Translations under genes and position numbers: made by a program
In this document: positions 14,029 through 26,220 of the stretch, one piece after another
How the letters are laid out: each line of letters opens with the position of its first letter
Numbering within the stretch: the stretch's first letter is position 1
Assembly (NCBI RefSeq): GCF_006345805.1
Contig: NC_043003.1
Location: 11,780,001 to 11,844,000 of the forward strand
Direction of reading: 5' to 3'
Source: Octopus sinensis
Lineage: Eukaryota
DNA length: 64,000 nt
The notes under the pieces: generated by a model
Seen by the model: the letters and a program-made list of their open reading frames with translations, nothing else
The model's database searches: none
What the model was told of the DNA's origin: nothing

Positions 14029-14524
14029 AATGTTTAATACAATAGGACATACAAAACACTGTTCGTAGCCCAAGGTGCGCAGAACTGCACTCGATAGCAT
14101 TGTAAAAGTATGCAATAAAATTACAATCATTGAAAGAAAAAAAAAATGTACGTTCTCTTATTTGCTGAGGAGCTTTTTAGAGAAACAATATGTTATAAAT
14201 AGATGTTAAAAACCCGTGTTGAGATGGACAAAGCAGAGTTGTATCAAAACGTAAACAGGTGCAGAGCCACCATACAATACATACGTACGTACGTATGTAC
14301 ATACGATCTGTAAAAATTTCCAGGAGTTAGTCATCTAAATATGAGCATGTCTAGATGTGCAAGTATACATACATAAATACATGTCCACCCTGTTGTTGAT
14401 GTTTTAATACCAATGAAGGAGCCTTCGATCTGGGTTAGAAACTGGCTCTTTCTTTATTGGCAAGAAATCTTGAAATAAAACTGAATATTGACGTACATAA
14501 ATACATGCATACATACATATTATA

Positions 14525-14931
14525 CTAGCAGAGATACCCGGCGTTGCTCTGGATTAAAATAGCATAGTTATTTATTGTTTTACTTGTTTCAGTCATGTGA
14601 CTACGGCCATAGTGGAGCACCACCTGCAGTCGAACAAATCGATCCCACATTTCATTCTTTCTAAGCCTAGTACATATTCTATCGCTGAGTTTTTGCTGAA
14701 GCGCTAAGATACGGTGACGTAAACATAGCAACGTCGATTGTCAAGCAATGGTGGGGGTGGAACCAGACAAACACACACACCACTAATATACACATATATA
14801 CGACAGACTTCTTTCAGATTCCCTGAGAAAATCCACTCAAATAGCGTTGGTCGGACTGAGACTTCACACCTACACACACGTACGTACGTACACACATACA
14901 CGTGCGAGCACACACATTTATACAAAGATAT

Positions 14932-15010
<79 letters not shown>

Positions 15011-15942
15011 CTATATATATATATCTAAAGTTAATCCAAACAAGAAAACACAAAAAAACACAACAACGCGGGGACGTGAAACAAATATAGTATTATTGGA
15101 CGCTCAGGAAAGAAGGAAAGAAGGAGGGTTTAACGTTTCGAGCGGAGCTCTTCGTCGGAAACATAGAAGGAACGATCCAGAGAAGGGAAGACAGAGGAAA
15201 AAAAATCGCCAACGGTACACACGAGGTCACATTTTGAAAGTTAATCCAAACAAGAAAACACAAAAAAACACAACAACGCGGGGACGTGAAACAAATATAG
15301 TATTATTGGACGCTCAGGAAAGAAGGGAAGAAGAAGGGTTTAACGTTTCGAGCGGAGCTCTTCGTCGGAAACATAGGAGAAGGAAAGATCCCGAGAAGAG
15401 AAGACAGAGGAAAAAAAATCGCCAACGGTACACACGAGGTCACATATATTTTTATATATATACATACAAAGTTATATACATATACACACACATATATACA
15501 CATACATATACAAATATATAAATACACACATATAGATACCTATATACACACCTATACAGATACCTACACAAATACATGTACACACACATATATATACATG
15601 CAAAGATATACGCATACATGCAAAAATACACATACATACACACACACACATACATACATATAGTGGAATTATTTAAAGTGAAAGACAGAGTGAACTATTG
15701 AAAGTGAAAGAATATACTAGTGAAACTAACTTTCACCGTCGAAGTTTTCTCTTTTATTCTTGAAGTTTTGAGACGTAAAACGGAACCAGTGTCAATGTTG
15801 CATTGTTTTAATCCAAATAAATTACATGTTGACACTGCTAGGGTCTCATAATATTACCATGTAAAATTTGATTTGATTTGGTTGAGCCGTTTGAGAATGC
15901 ATTGCGAACAGATAGAGATACAAAGTATTTTATATATGTATA
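14525..15942 (-). mobile_element. Non-autonomous Helitron-like element with nested repeats
   Basis: Minus-strand 3' end GCAACGCCGGGTATCTCTGCTAG-T (hairpin + CTAG); 5' end TATA..AAAATAC..TGTATCTCT at about 15940. Confidence 0.6.
15027..15445 (-). repeat. Tandem 210-bp dimer of a Penelope-like repeat with hammerhead-like motifs
   Basis: Units start at 15027 and 15237; motifs at 15128-15162 and 15338-15372; related copies at 35085-35200 and 57293-57435. Confidence 0.8.
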
Positions 15943-16458
15943 AACTAGCACCGATACCTGGAGTTGCTCGGGATTAAAATGGTACAGTTTGTTTATGTGT
16001 ATTACAGTTATGTTGAAACAGATGATATATGAAAGTGCAGCATTGACAAAACATTTGTGGAGTAAATGATGAGTTAATTCGATTAGTCCACAAGCAAGAC
16101 TTCCGTTTGGAGGATTCCATGTTCTAACCTATTTCTTTACTACCCACAAGGGGCTAAACACAGGGGACAAACAAGGACAGACGAAGGGATTAAGTTGATT
16201 ACATCGGCCCCAGTGCGTAACTGGTACTTATTTAATCCATCCCGAAAGGATGAAAGGCAAATTCGACCTCGGCGGAATTTGAACTCAGAACGTAACGGCA
16301 GACGAAATACGGCTACGCATTTCGCCCGGCGTGCTAACGTTTCTGTCAGCTCGCCGCCTATCATGCCCTAACCGATCATGGAAAAATTGGGGTTGGGGGT
16401 TTTGAAATTTTAGACCCCACTGAAAAGCTGTCAGTGGATATATCCGCCTTTGAGGCGG

Positions 16459-17016
16459 TCAGTGCTGCGTGTAACACGACCTATCGTATGGTTGACAGTG
16501 AAATGAATTGAGGTGTAATGGAGATATTGTACGTAAATGGGTCCGTTCTGGAAATAGGCTACAACGGGAGACGGTAACGGGGAAGTGAACTGTTGAAAGA
16601 GGTCGAGGAAGAGCTGGTAGTGCTGGCAATTTGAAAGCCTTGCAAAAACGACAATTTGAGTGTAGCACACAAATTTGTACAGAATTACCATTTTTATAAG
16701 AATGGGATGGATCATATCTGAAAGCAGCTCCTGGTGTTATGAAGAACGAATTCGCATGTGGTCTATTTCTGAGAGCTATTGTATTGGACCTCTGTCTAAT
16801 ATGGCGAGCTAAACATTGTTCTAATGACTCAGCATTAAGTATTGCACCATCCCTTCTCTCTTGAGACTCCATTTGATGTGCTGCAGCATGCCTCTGCTGA
16901 TCTTGGGGAAAGTCTCATCACCTTTCTCCCAGTTCAGACACTCGCCTCCGCTTTTCTGCAATCGTCCTCGCTTTATACGTGTTTCTGGAGAGATTACGTC
17001 TTTTCTTTGGTGACAT
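16459..17016 (-). pseudogene. Helitron RepHel N-terminal remnant
   Basis: MSPKKRRNLSRNTYKAR...(stops)...AAFRYDPSHSY..VQI...CRFCKAFKLPALP matches the Helitron N-terminal AF-x-YDP / C-x-x-C / LP-x-L pattern, with an internal deletion. Confidence 0.65.
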
Positions 17017-17914
17017 ATTTTTCAATATTGTAAACAAAAAATTATGAACATAGAAAAATACGTTAATCTCTACTTTTATAAGCGGTTGTATGTATATAGT
17101 ATGCCTGTATTTTTGTATGCAATGTAAATTAACGAAATATAAGCCAATGGACGAAACAGCACATGTATGGAACTGCTAATTTAATGGTAAATGCTACAAT
17201 AATTATTACAGGGAGACAAAGAATTTTATATTTTACCTTGCAACTGCTGCGATAATTATTAACTGGTAACGGAACGTGTATGTTTTAATGGAAATAAAAA
17301 TAAAATTTCGTATTGACACTGGCCAGATGGCGCTTCATGCATGTCAATCATTCACTGAGTATATAACACAAGCAAAGGCATAGAAACAAAAATAAAATAA
17401 CACGTGTTAATTTTTTTTTCTGAAAACATTTAAAGGCGTTAACTGGAGTTTGGGGTTCGAGTAGAAGTCATTCCACCTTTTCATTTATCTTACCATTCTT
17501 TTCATTCGATTTTATTTTTTTCCCACTTTTGTGTTTTCTGTGTCCTTTGAGCTGTCCCCTCTGTGTTTCGACCCTGTGTAATTAATAAAAAAAAAATCAA
17601 GTCGTCGGTATGTATATGTATGTATAGATGTGTGTGTATGTGTGTGTGTGTATGTGTGTAATAACGTACCGTACATAGTATGTCTATATTTTCGTATGCA
17701 GTGTAAATTAACGAAATAGAAACACGTGTATAGAGAGACAAAGAATTTTATATTTTGTCTTCCAGCCTTGCAATTGCTGCGATAATTATTAACTGGTAAT
17801 GGAACAGTAAATGTGTATTGTTTTAAAGGAACTGAAAATAGAATCTCGTATTCACACTTCACACATGTCAGTCGTCAGGTATGCATGTGTAGATGTCTCT
17901 GTGTGTGTGTTTAA

Positions 17915-20900
17915 TTGTTTGGCATCCTTTCTGTCTCGGGAGACAATGGAGTTGCGCATTTTTTTTTTTCTTTTTTTCTAGGTCTAGTCCGGCTGTTATA
18001 TTTTATTTCCTGTTACATTTCTTGCTGTGGCTGTGTAGTCCTATCCTGGACAAACACTCCCTCTGGCAGGTACTGCAAATGTAGCGAAGACTGTTCCTGG
18101 CTGATTGTAGTGCCATGGTCTCTTGTTTATGTCTCTTCCTTTCTTTCCATTTCTCCTCTCTCTTTCTGTCACTCCTCTGTATACCCTCTTTTACTGTACG
18201 TCGCCATTCTCCACGGTTGCCGGCGACTGCCTCCCAACCGCTAATGTTGATGTTGCAGGCCTTCATATCCCTTTTGCAAACATCCTTGTAACGCAAGATC
18301 GGTCTACCCACAGACCTAGTACCCCTAGCAAGCTCTCCGTAGAGTATGTCCTTGGGGATTCTGCCATCTTTCATACGGCTAACATGCCCAAGCCATCTCA
18401 TACGTCTTTGTGTGAGGAGTGCAAACATGCTTGGTATTCCTGCTTGCCTGAGGACATCTTTGTTGGGGATATGATTCTGCCATTTGATGTGGAGGATTTT
18501 TCGGAGGCAGCGCAGGTGAAAGATGTTTAGGCGACGCTCTTGGTGTGTGTATAGCGTCCAGGTCTCGCTTCCATACAGTAGAGTGCTGAGTACACATGCC
18601 TGGTAGATCTTCATTTTTGTGGTCTTGGTCAGCTTATTGTTGTCCCAAGCCCGTTTGGAGAGTTGGGCCATCGCAGCAGCTGCCTTGCCAATGCGTATAT
18701 TGAGCTCAGCGTCAAGGGATAGGTTGTAGGTGACGGTAGAGCCCAGATAGGTAAACTTCTCCACCTCTTGTAATCTGTGGTCTCCAATATGTATGTTTGG
18801 GATGTCCGATGTAGCCTGGCCCATGATGTTGGTCTTCTTAAGGCTGATAGCTAAGCCAAAGTCGTTACATGCTTGCTCAAAACAGTTAATGAGCCTTTGG
18901 AGGGCTTCTTCTGTGTGTGTTACCAGAGCGGCATCATCAGCAAATAACATCTCCTTGATCAGGACGTTTCTGATTTTGGTCTTGGCACGCAGGCGCGAGA
19001 GATTGAACAGTTTCCCGTCACTTCTACTGTGCAGAAACACTCCATCATCTGATGTCTGAAAGGCATGTGACAGCAAGAGTGAGAAGAAGATGCCAAACAA
19101 TGTAGGAGCGAGGACACAGCCTTGCTTTACCCCGTTTTTTATTTGGAAGGCGGCTGATGTTGAACCGTTGTGCTGTATGGTGCCTTGCATGTCATCATGG
19201 AAAGACTTGATGATCCTCAGCAGCTTTGGTGGACATCCGATTTTTTGGAGCAGGAGGAAGAGGCCTGTTCTGCTTACCGAGTCAAAAGCCTTTGTTAGAT
19301 CAATGAAGGCCATATATAATGGCATTTTCTGCTCTCTGGACTTCTCCTGAAGTTGGCGTATGGAGAATATCATATCGATAGTTGATCTGCTTCTTCTAAA
19401 GCCACACTGCGATTCCGGATAGATTCGAGAAGCAAGTAGTTGTAGCCTGGCCAGGATAACGCGGGCAAAGGTCTTTCCAACAGTGCTTAGAAGGGATATA
19501 CCACGGTAATTGTTACAATCACCACGGTCACCTTTGTTTTTGTAGAGCGTAATGATGTTGGCATCCCGCATATCCTGAGGGACTGTACCCTCTTCCCAGC
19601 ACTGACACAGAAGCTCATGAAGGTGCCGAAGCAGGATGGTGTTTTTGCCGGCTTTGATGATCTCTGAGGGGATGCCGTCTTTTCCCGGAGCCTTATTTCT
19701 TGCTAGGGAGTCAACAGCCTTGGTGAGCTCTGCTATAGATGGCGGACTGTCAAGTTCGCACATGACTGGCAAGATCTTGACACTCTCGACTGCAGCCTCA
19801 GCCACTGTGGTCTCCCGTGAGTAGTGCTCCACCCATCTATCCATTTGCTTGCCTTGATCCCTGATGAGATCTCCAGTAGTTGATTTCAGAGGGGCTGACT
19901 TGGTTGCGGATGGACCGAGGGCCTTCTTCAAACCAGCATACATCCCACGGGTGTCGCCCCTGTCAGCAGCTGACTGGATACTCTGACAGATTTCCTGCCA
20001 ATACCTATTTGCACAGCATCTGGCTGTCAGTTGGGTTTTATTTCGTGCCTTTCTGAGTTCTTCGAGTGACTTTGTAGAAGAGTCACTCTTGTATTGCACC
20101 AGAGCTGCACGCTTTGCTTCGATAACTGGCTCCAGCTCTGAGAGCCCAGCATTGAACCAATCTGGGTTTTGCCTTTCTCTCATGCCGAAAGTATCCAATG
20201 ATGTCGTATACAAGGCTTCCCTGATATAGTCCCACCTACTTTCAGCAGAGGAGGTTGGGCAGCTACTGAGGGCAACCTTGATAGAAGCAGCAAAACATTT
20301 TCGCAGTGTAGGGTCCGAGGTTCTGGCGGTGTTGATGCGTGGTCGGCCCACTTTCTTGGAGCGATGGACTTTTTTAGGGAGAATCCTCACCCTGCTTCTA
20401 ATTAGTGAGTGGTCTGTGTCACAATCCGCACTGTGGTAACTGCGGGTCAATAGAGTGGAACTCAGAAAGGATCTCCGTGTAATGATGAGATCCAGCTGAT
20501 GCCAGTGGTGAGATCTTGGATGTCTCCAGGATGCCTTGTGGGATGGCTTGCTGGTAAAGAATGTGTTTGTGATGCACAGGTTGTGGTATGTGCAGAATTC
20601 GAGTAGTCTCTGACCATTGTCATTCATGTTGCCAATACCAAAGTGTCCAACACAAATGGGCCACGAATCATGGTCAGATCCCACGCGAGCGTTAAAATCC
20701 CCTAGAAGGTAGATATTTTCAGTCGTTGGTATATTTTCTAGGACACAGTTGAGATCTTTGTAGAACTGGTCCTTGGTCTCCTCTGAGCTGTAGAGAGTGG
20801 GAGCATAGATGCTGAGTAGATGTACTGAGCCAGAAGAAGTCGAGAGGCGCAGTGAGAGGATACGCTCAGTGCCTCCCGATGGTGGTTCTATTGAGGAGAG

Positions 20901-21705
20901 TAGTGAGTTTCTCACTGCAAAGCCAACGCCATGTTGACGAGGTTCTTCTGGATCTCTTCCCTGCCAAAAGAAGGTGAAGTCCTGCTCTTTGAGTCTGCCG
21001 TTTGAGGGAAGTCTTGTCTCCTGCAGCCCAGCAATATCTATGTTGAGCCTCTTTAGTTCACGGTCAATGATGGCCGTTTTCCTTGTGTCTTCAATACTGA
21101 GAAGATCGTCAGATATTCCAGGACACATGGTCCTGACATTCCAGCTTGCCAACTGCAGAACTGGTGTTTTCTTGAATTTTAGTTGCTTGCCTGGTGCAGA
21201 GGTTGCAGGCCGCTTTTCGAGTCGTACTCTTAGCTCCAAGCACCCAATGGAACAGGCGGCTTGTGGCGGGTCAGCACCTTATTAACTGGGGGCTGCCCAG
21301 CTTGAGGTGGGCAGTAGCTAACCAATAGGACACGGAAGTCCCTCCCACCGGCAGAGGTAACCCGTAGCGTCCATATTTTACGCCAATCTGAATGGACTTA
21401 TCACTCGTAACTGTTACCTCCCGTGTTGTTTCTGCAGCTTTTTACAGCAGCACTGAAGTGTCCTCTCCAGTTTTGCGCAGGCCTGGGCTATAGATAAGAA
21501 AGTCCTGGGTAGCCCAATCGTCAGGTTTCCTCTCTCGACCTTGCTGATGTAGTCCAGTGGAGTGCAGTGCATTACGTTTGGCACCAGCTTGGTTGCAGGA
21601 GCTGCCGGAAGAGTGTCGAATCGAACACTAGACCGCCTTCGGGGCTCCACTCCGGATTTCATTGAAGGTTGTCTCCTTTCCGTAACCCTGGATAGGGGCC
21701 CATAC
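17915..21705 (-). mobile_element. RTE-clade LINE, apparently full length
   Basis: About 460 nt of 5' UTR, a single uninterrupted ORF and a short 3' UTR ending ...GAGACAGAAAGGATGCC. No clear TSD found. Confidence 0.92.
18003..21239 (-). CDS. RTE LINE ORF: APE endonuclease + reverse transcriptase + C-terminal C2H2 finger
   Basis: SWNVRT, LQETR, GDFNA, TDH (endonuclease); YRGISLL, QGCVLAP, FADD (RT); CSTC..HSHSKKC. 1078 aa with no stop. Confidence 0.96.
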   Translation of the reverse strand: MELRVRLEKRPATSAPGKQLKFKKTPVLQLASWNVRTMCPGISDDLLSIEDTRKTAIIDRELKRLNIDIAGLQETRLPSNGRLKEQDFTFFWQGRDPEEPRQHGVGFAVRNSLLSSIEPPSGGTERILSLRLSTSSGSVHLLSIYAPTLYSSEETKDQFYKDLNCVLENIPTTENIYLLGDFNARVGSDHDSWPICVGHFGIGNMNDNGQRLLEFCTYHNLCITNTFFTSKPSHKASWRHPRSHHWHQLDLIITRRSFLSSTLLTRSYHSADCDTDHSLIRSRVRILPKKVHRSKKVGRPRINTARTSDPTLRKCFAASIKVALSSCPTSSAESRWDYIREALYTTSLDTFGMRERQNPDWFNAGLSELEPVIEAKRAALVQYKSDSSTKSLEELRKARNKTQLTARCCANRYWQEICQSIQSAADRGDTRGMYAGLKKALGPSATKSAPLKSTTGDLIRDQGKQMDRWVEHYSRETTVAEAAVESVKILPVMCELDSPPSIAELTKAVDSLARNKAPGKDGIPSEIIKAGKNTILLRHLHELLCQCWEEGTVPQDMRDANIITLYKNKGDRGDCNNYRGISLLSTVGKTFARVILARLQLLASRIYPESQCGFRRSRSTIDMIFSIRQLQEKSREQKMPLYMAFIDLTKAFDSVSRTGLFLLLQKIGCPPKLLRIIKSFHDDMQGTIQHNGSTSAAFQIKNGVKQGCVLAPTLFGIFFSLLLSHAFQTSDDGVFLHSRSDGKLFNLSRLRAKTKIRNVLIKEMLFADDAALVTHTEEALQRLINCFEQACNDFGLAISLKKTNIMGQATSDIPNIHIGDHRLQEVEKFTYLGSTVTYNLSLDAELNIRIGKAAAAMAQLSKRAWDNNKLTKTTKMKIYQACVLSTLLYGSETWTLYTHQERRLNIFHLRCLRKILHIKWQNHIPNKDVLRQAGIPSMFALLTQRRMRWLGHVSRMKDGRIPKDILYGELARGTRSVGRPILRYKDVCKRDMKACNINISGWEAVAGNRGEWRRTVKEGIQRSDRKREEKWKERKRHKQETMALQSARNSLRYICSTCQRECLSRIGLHSHSKKCNRK

Positions 21706-21883
21706 CGGGTACTATATATAGTATGTCTGTATTTTTGTATGCAGTATAATTAATCCAAAAAAATTACTTGTTGACACTCCTGGGGTTTCATAGTATTACC
21801 ATGTAAAATTTGATTTGGTTTGGTTGAGCCGTTTGAGAATGCATTAGGAACAGACAGAGATACAAACGATTTTATATATATAT

Positions 21884-22268
21884 ACGAGCAAAACGCCCCC
21901 CACCCTGTCCAATGGACGGTGCTGAGTTGTCAAACATTTAAACCAAATTTTCTCAAAACAACTTGTCCGACTGTCCCATAAGCCTCCCCTTTGAGAAACA
22001 TTGATTTAACCTAAATTTGAGACACCAGCAAAAGAAGAAATAAAGATAGACTTTTTTTTCTATTCCAAAGGAAAACGATTTCCCACTGCTTTATCGATCG
22101 CATTCTCACCTGGAATCGATTTTTGTAATTTTTTCAAGACTTATACACGCCCTGATACCGTCGGTATCTAATATCAAGTTTGAGCGCAATCGGATGGAGG
22201 ATGCCCGAGATTCTAGAAGACACACACACACACACACACACACAGAACGGATTTTATATAAGAGATAG
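21884..22268 (-). mobile_element. Helitron/HINE-like short element, copy 1
   Basis: Reverse complement of 46650-47310; 5' TCT..ATATAAAATC followed by a microsatellite. Confidence 0.6.
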
Positions 22269-22271
22269 ATA

Positions 22272-22343
22272 AGCAGAGTGGCGCAATGGGAGCGTGCTGG
22301 GCCCATAACCCAGAGGTCCATAGATTAAAACTACGCTCTGCTA
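22272..22343 (+). tRNA. Initiator tRNA-Met (CAT), probably a pseudogene
   Basis: 72 nt AGCAGAG...CTCTGCTA with intact acceptor and anticodon arms. T-loop/B box ATCGAAA is mutated to ATTAAAA and there is a T-stem mismatch. Confidence 0.7.
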
Positions 22344-22522
22344 AGTGTAATTATTTTGAAGGCGCAGGCGTGGCTGGGTGATAAAAAGCTTACTTCCCAA
22401 CCACATGGTTCCTGGTTCAGTCCCATTCCGTGGCACCTTGCGCAAGTGTCTTCTACTATAGCCTTCGGCCGACCAAAACCTTGTGAGTGGATTTGGTAGA
22501 CAGAAACTGAAAGAAGCCTGTC

Positions 22523-22573
<51 letters not shown>

Positions 22574-22899
22574 CGCGCATGCGTGCATGCGTATGCGCGT
22601 GCGTGTGTCTTTGTGTCTTTCTGTCTGTGTATTACTGGAACAGCAGATTCCAGGATCTAATATTTGTAGTTGCTGATTCAATGAGCGTCCGATGTTCTTG
22701 CTCTTTCTGATATTCTTGCTTTGTCTGTCTGTCGGTCTGTCTACCTCTCTCTCTCATCTCTCGTTCCCTTCTCACTCTCTCTACTTTTCACTCTCTGTCT
22801 TCCTCTCTCTCTCTTCTTTCCTTGTTCCCCAGGACAGAAATTCCCTAGGTTGGGTCTTACATAACTGTAACAGCTACATTATCTACTCTGCACTGTAAG

Positions 22900-23785
22900 T
22901 CTCATTGCTTTTGAATAACCCCCAAATCTCCCTGTAATTTTCGAGGGTCACTAGGACATATATGTCGATACTGATTTCTCCCGACTCTTTATTTTTTTGT
23001 CATCACACTTACCACTCGCCCAAATAACACTACAAGGTTGACAACTATCCAATACTCTTAACTGGTGTATCTGTGTCCTCCTTCTTTCCTTTTTACATAC
23101 AATCTTGACACATTACTCTTGCGGAGTAGTTCCTTGTTCATTGTCGTTAATTTACGTGTTCTCCGTTCTATCTCTTGTAATTCATGCTCCTTCCAAGATA
23201 CTATTCTTTCTCCATATCTCATCAAAGCACCAGCATACGTATTAAATCCTCTAATTTTATAACGGCCTTTTAGCTTCGATTGGGGCCCAAGCCGAGTTCT
23301 CCTCAAATATTCTTTCCTGTACATTTCTTTCATCTTATGTCTTTCAGTGATACTCAGGTACCCATATCCTTCCTCTCCAGCTTCCTTTATAGTTTCACCA
23401 CTTTTCAGCTTTTACTGATTTTCTGCCTTTTGAGAATCATTACACCACATTTCTCGATCCCAATATCTTTGCTAATCATCTGCACAGTTGTCGTCAAACT
23501 CTCGGGTTCTTTCTCAGTTTTAGCGAATAGCTTTAGGTCATCCATAAACCACAGGTTGTGTACCTTCACCCAGCCTAGAATGTCTTATTTTTGCAACGTG
23601 CTTTCACTGCACTACCGAGCGCAGCTCTGTGTGTCTTGGGTATGTGCTGTGGTTTGCTGTGATACTCTTATGGTTACTGTATTGAAAGTATTTTGCGTAG
23701 GTTGTGGGCAGTGCTTAGTAATGCAATTTTCTATATGTTATATATATTTTAGTCCTGGTGTTTTTGTTATGTACTTGTCTGAATA

Positions 23786-23819
<34 letters not shown>

Positions 23820-23990
23820 GCCTTTTATAAAAACAAAATCCATTTGTCATGACTTGGAAAATATTCATGTCTTGCTGTGTCATTAATTTCTTTATCGTTT
23901 AATTTCCTTTTCTGTTTGGTTTCTCTGTTGTTATGTTCACTGGAGTTTATCGTAATGGGTGGGGCCACTCTGGATAAAAATAGTCATTTA
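22900..23990 (-). mobile_element. R4/Dong-clade non-LTR fragments
   Basis: FMDDLKLFAK; EYLRRTRL..SKLKG..RLYVKRKEGG; 3' end piece at 23580-23790; (TAA)n junction at 23790-23820. Confidence 0.75.
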
Positions 23991-24188
23991 CGGTGAATGT
24001 AAACGTAACAAAATCATGTTTAAAATATATAAAAAGTATATACCTTGGCGCTCTTTCAGTGCGAAAGCAATATCCTTGAGGCGTTCCAGAAAGGTTTTCC
24101 GAAGATGGTATCTAGAGAGAAACGCCCTTTTTTCTTGTTCCGCTTGTTCCGCAATAAACTGCAGGTCTTTAGGTCTTTCTTCATCAGG

Positions 24189-24322
<134 letters not shown>

Positions 24323-24832
24323 GAAGTGTTATCATGTACATTGGTTTGTCTTGATATAAAAGATGGGCTACAGCAAATATTCTGCTCAATATCACAGATT
24401 TGCTTGTCAGTTGTTTGACCATAACCAGTTGAGCATGTCCATTGGTGGCTGGCAATATGTGCATCTCTGATCACGAGCAGAAGTAGTGGGGGAGCATCAT
24501 AGCCATGTGTTGAGAGGGATTCTTTGGGGTTTGAATAATTCACCTCTGGAAACATGGGTGTTTCGTTCAACATCCTTAAACAACCCTTATTCAGGGACCT
24601 TTTGAGCAGGATGGGTTACTCGACCAGAAGAAAATTCCAACTAGGCCCCACCTGCAAGGTCATGTGCTGTTTATCTTGATATGAGATCACCATGTCGCGC
24701 ACATATGGTTGTGATGCATGTGCTTAGTGTACCCTTATCAGACGGATAGTCATGATGGGTATATTGGGCTTCGTATATTATACCCCAGTGTCACTTTGAT
24801 GGCATGCACTGCTCTCTCACTCAATAATAATA

Positions 24833-24906
<74 letters not shown>

Positions 24907-24916
24907 TAATAATAAT

Positions 24917-25205
24917 AATGTATGGACAGTTTGAAAGGAATACACAAGACGCTAATGGTAATATAGCATCGTGGGCATGGCTTGAGCGTGGTGATTTGAA
25001 GCGTACCACCGAAAGCCCGAGCATTGCTGCACAAGACCAGGCTCTCGCTACCAATTCAGTGAAGTATGAAGTCTATAAAACTTCTAAAACCCAGAAATGC
25101 AGACTCTTTGGAAAGAGTGTGGAAAATGTGACCCATTTGGTAAGTGGATGTGAGAGACTTGCACAAAAAGAATACAAGCGCCGCCACGATAAAGTGCGTG
25201 TATCT
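24917..25205 (+). mobile_element. R4/Dong fragment (zinc knuckle / RLE region)
   Basis: AAQDQAL...KCRL.GKSVENVTHLVSGCERLAQKEYKRRHDKV, starting directly after (TAA)n. Confidence 0.8.
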
Positions 25206-25589
25206 TCATTGGCTCTAGGAGGTTGAGGATGATGATGATGATGAGGGGGAGGAGAAGAAGCAGAAGAAGAAGAAGAAGAAGAAGAAGAAGAAGAAAGCAA
25301 TAATAATAATAATAATAATAAGAAGAAGAAGAAGAAGAAGAAGACGACAGGCAAACTAATACAAATAGACACAAACCGAACAAACCAAAAAAAATTGTTT
25401 TCATTTAAGGAAGCTGACAAATACAAAAGAAGTCATAGTACCTAACAAATATGAAGAAAAAGTAAAAGAAGAAATAATAGTCGACCTCGGCGGAGTTTGA
25501 ACTGAGAACATAAAGACGGACGAAATGCCGACTTTGCCAGTTCGCCACCTCAACGTTCACAAAATTTTGTTAATATATTTAAGGTCATC

Positions 25590-26220
25590 CAAGGCAGCGA
25601 GCTGGTAGAATCGTTAGCACGTCGGATAAATACTCTGCGGCATTTCGTCCGTCTTCACATTCTGAGTTCAAATTCCGCCGAGGTCAACTTTGTTTTTCAT
25701 CCTTTCGGGGTCGATGAAAATAAACAGCAGTCGAGCTCTGGGGTTGATGTAATCCACTAGCTCCCTCTCTCAAAGTTTCAGACAATGTACCTATAGTAGA
25801 AAGGAATATTTAATCGGACGTTAAGTTGGCGAGCTGGCAGAATCGTTAACACGCCGGGAAAAACGCTTAGGGGCATTTCGTCCGTCTTCATATTCTGAGT
25901 TCAAATTCCGTCGAGGTCAACTTTGTTTTTTATCTTTTCGGGGTCGTTGAAAATAAGTACCAGTTACGCACTGGGGTCGATATAATCGACTTAATCCATT
26001 TGTCTGTCCTTGTTTGTCCCTTCTATGTGTAGCCCCTTGTGGGTAGTAAAGAAAAAGGTATTTCGTCCGTCTTCACATTCTGAGTTCAAATTCCGCCGAG
26101 GTCAACTTTGTTTTGCATCCTTTCGGGGTCGTTGAAAATAAGTACCAGTCGAGCACTGGTGCCAATGTAATCGACTCATTCCTGACCCCAGACATGCTGA
26201 CCCTGTGCCGAAATTGGAAA
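25590..26220 (+). mobile_element. OR1-like SINE cluster (four copies)
   Basis: Repeated gagttcaaattccgccgaggtc. Confidence 0.85.

Larger units (their letters stand above)
15945..21884 (-). mobile_element. Helitron-like element carrying a RepHel N-terminal remnant, with nested RTE and SINE
   Basis: 3' CTAG end at 15945; the 5' end matches that of the neighbouring copy (15820-15940 vs 21770-21884). Internal repeats at 17085, 17665 and 21710. Confidence 0.65.

Noticed and set aside
14408-14450. Hammerhead-like CCAAUGA...AGAAAC motif
   Set aside because: Two core substitutions including G5, and a broken stem III.
14847-15521. 224-aa ORF with an internal duplication
   Set aside because: Open frame through (TA)n and the 210-bp tandem repeat; no domain.
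18123-21285. Short ORFs antisense to the RTE ORF
   Set aside because: Shadows of the RTE coding sequence.
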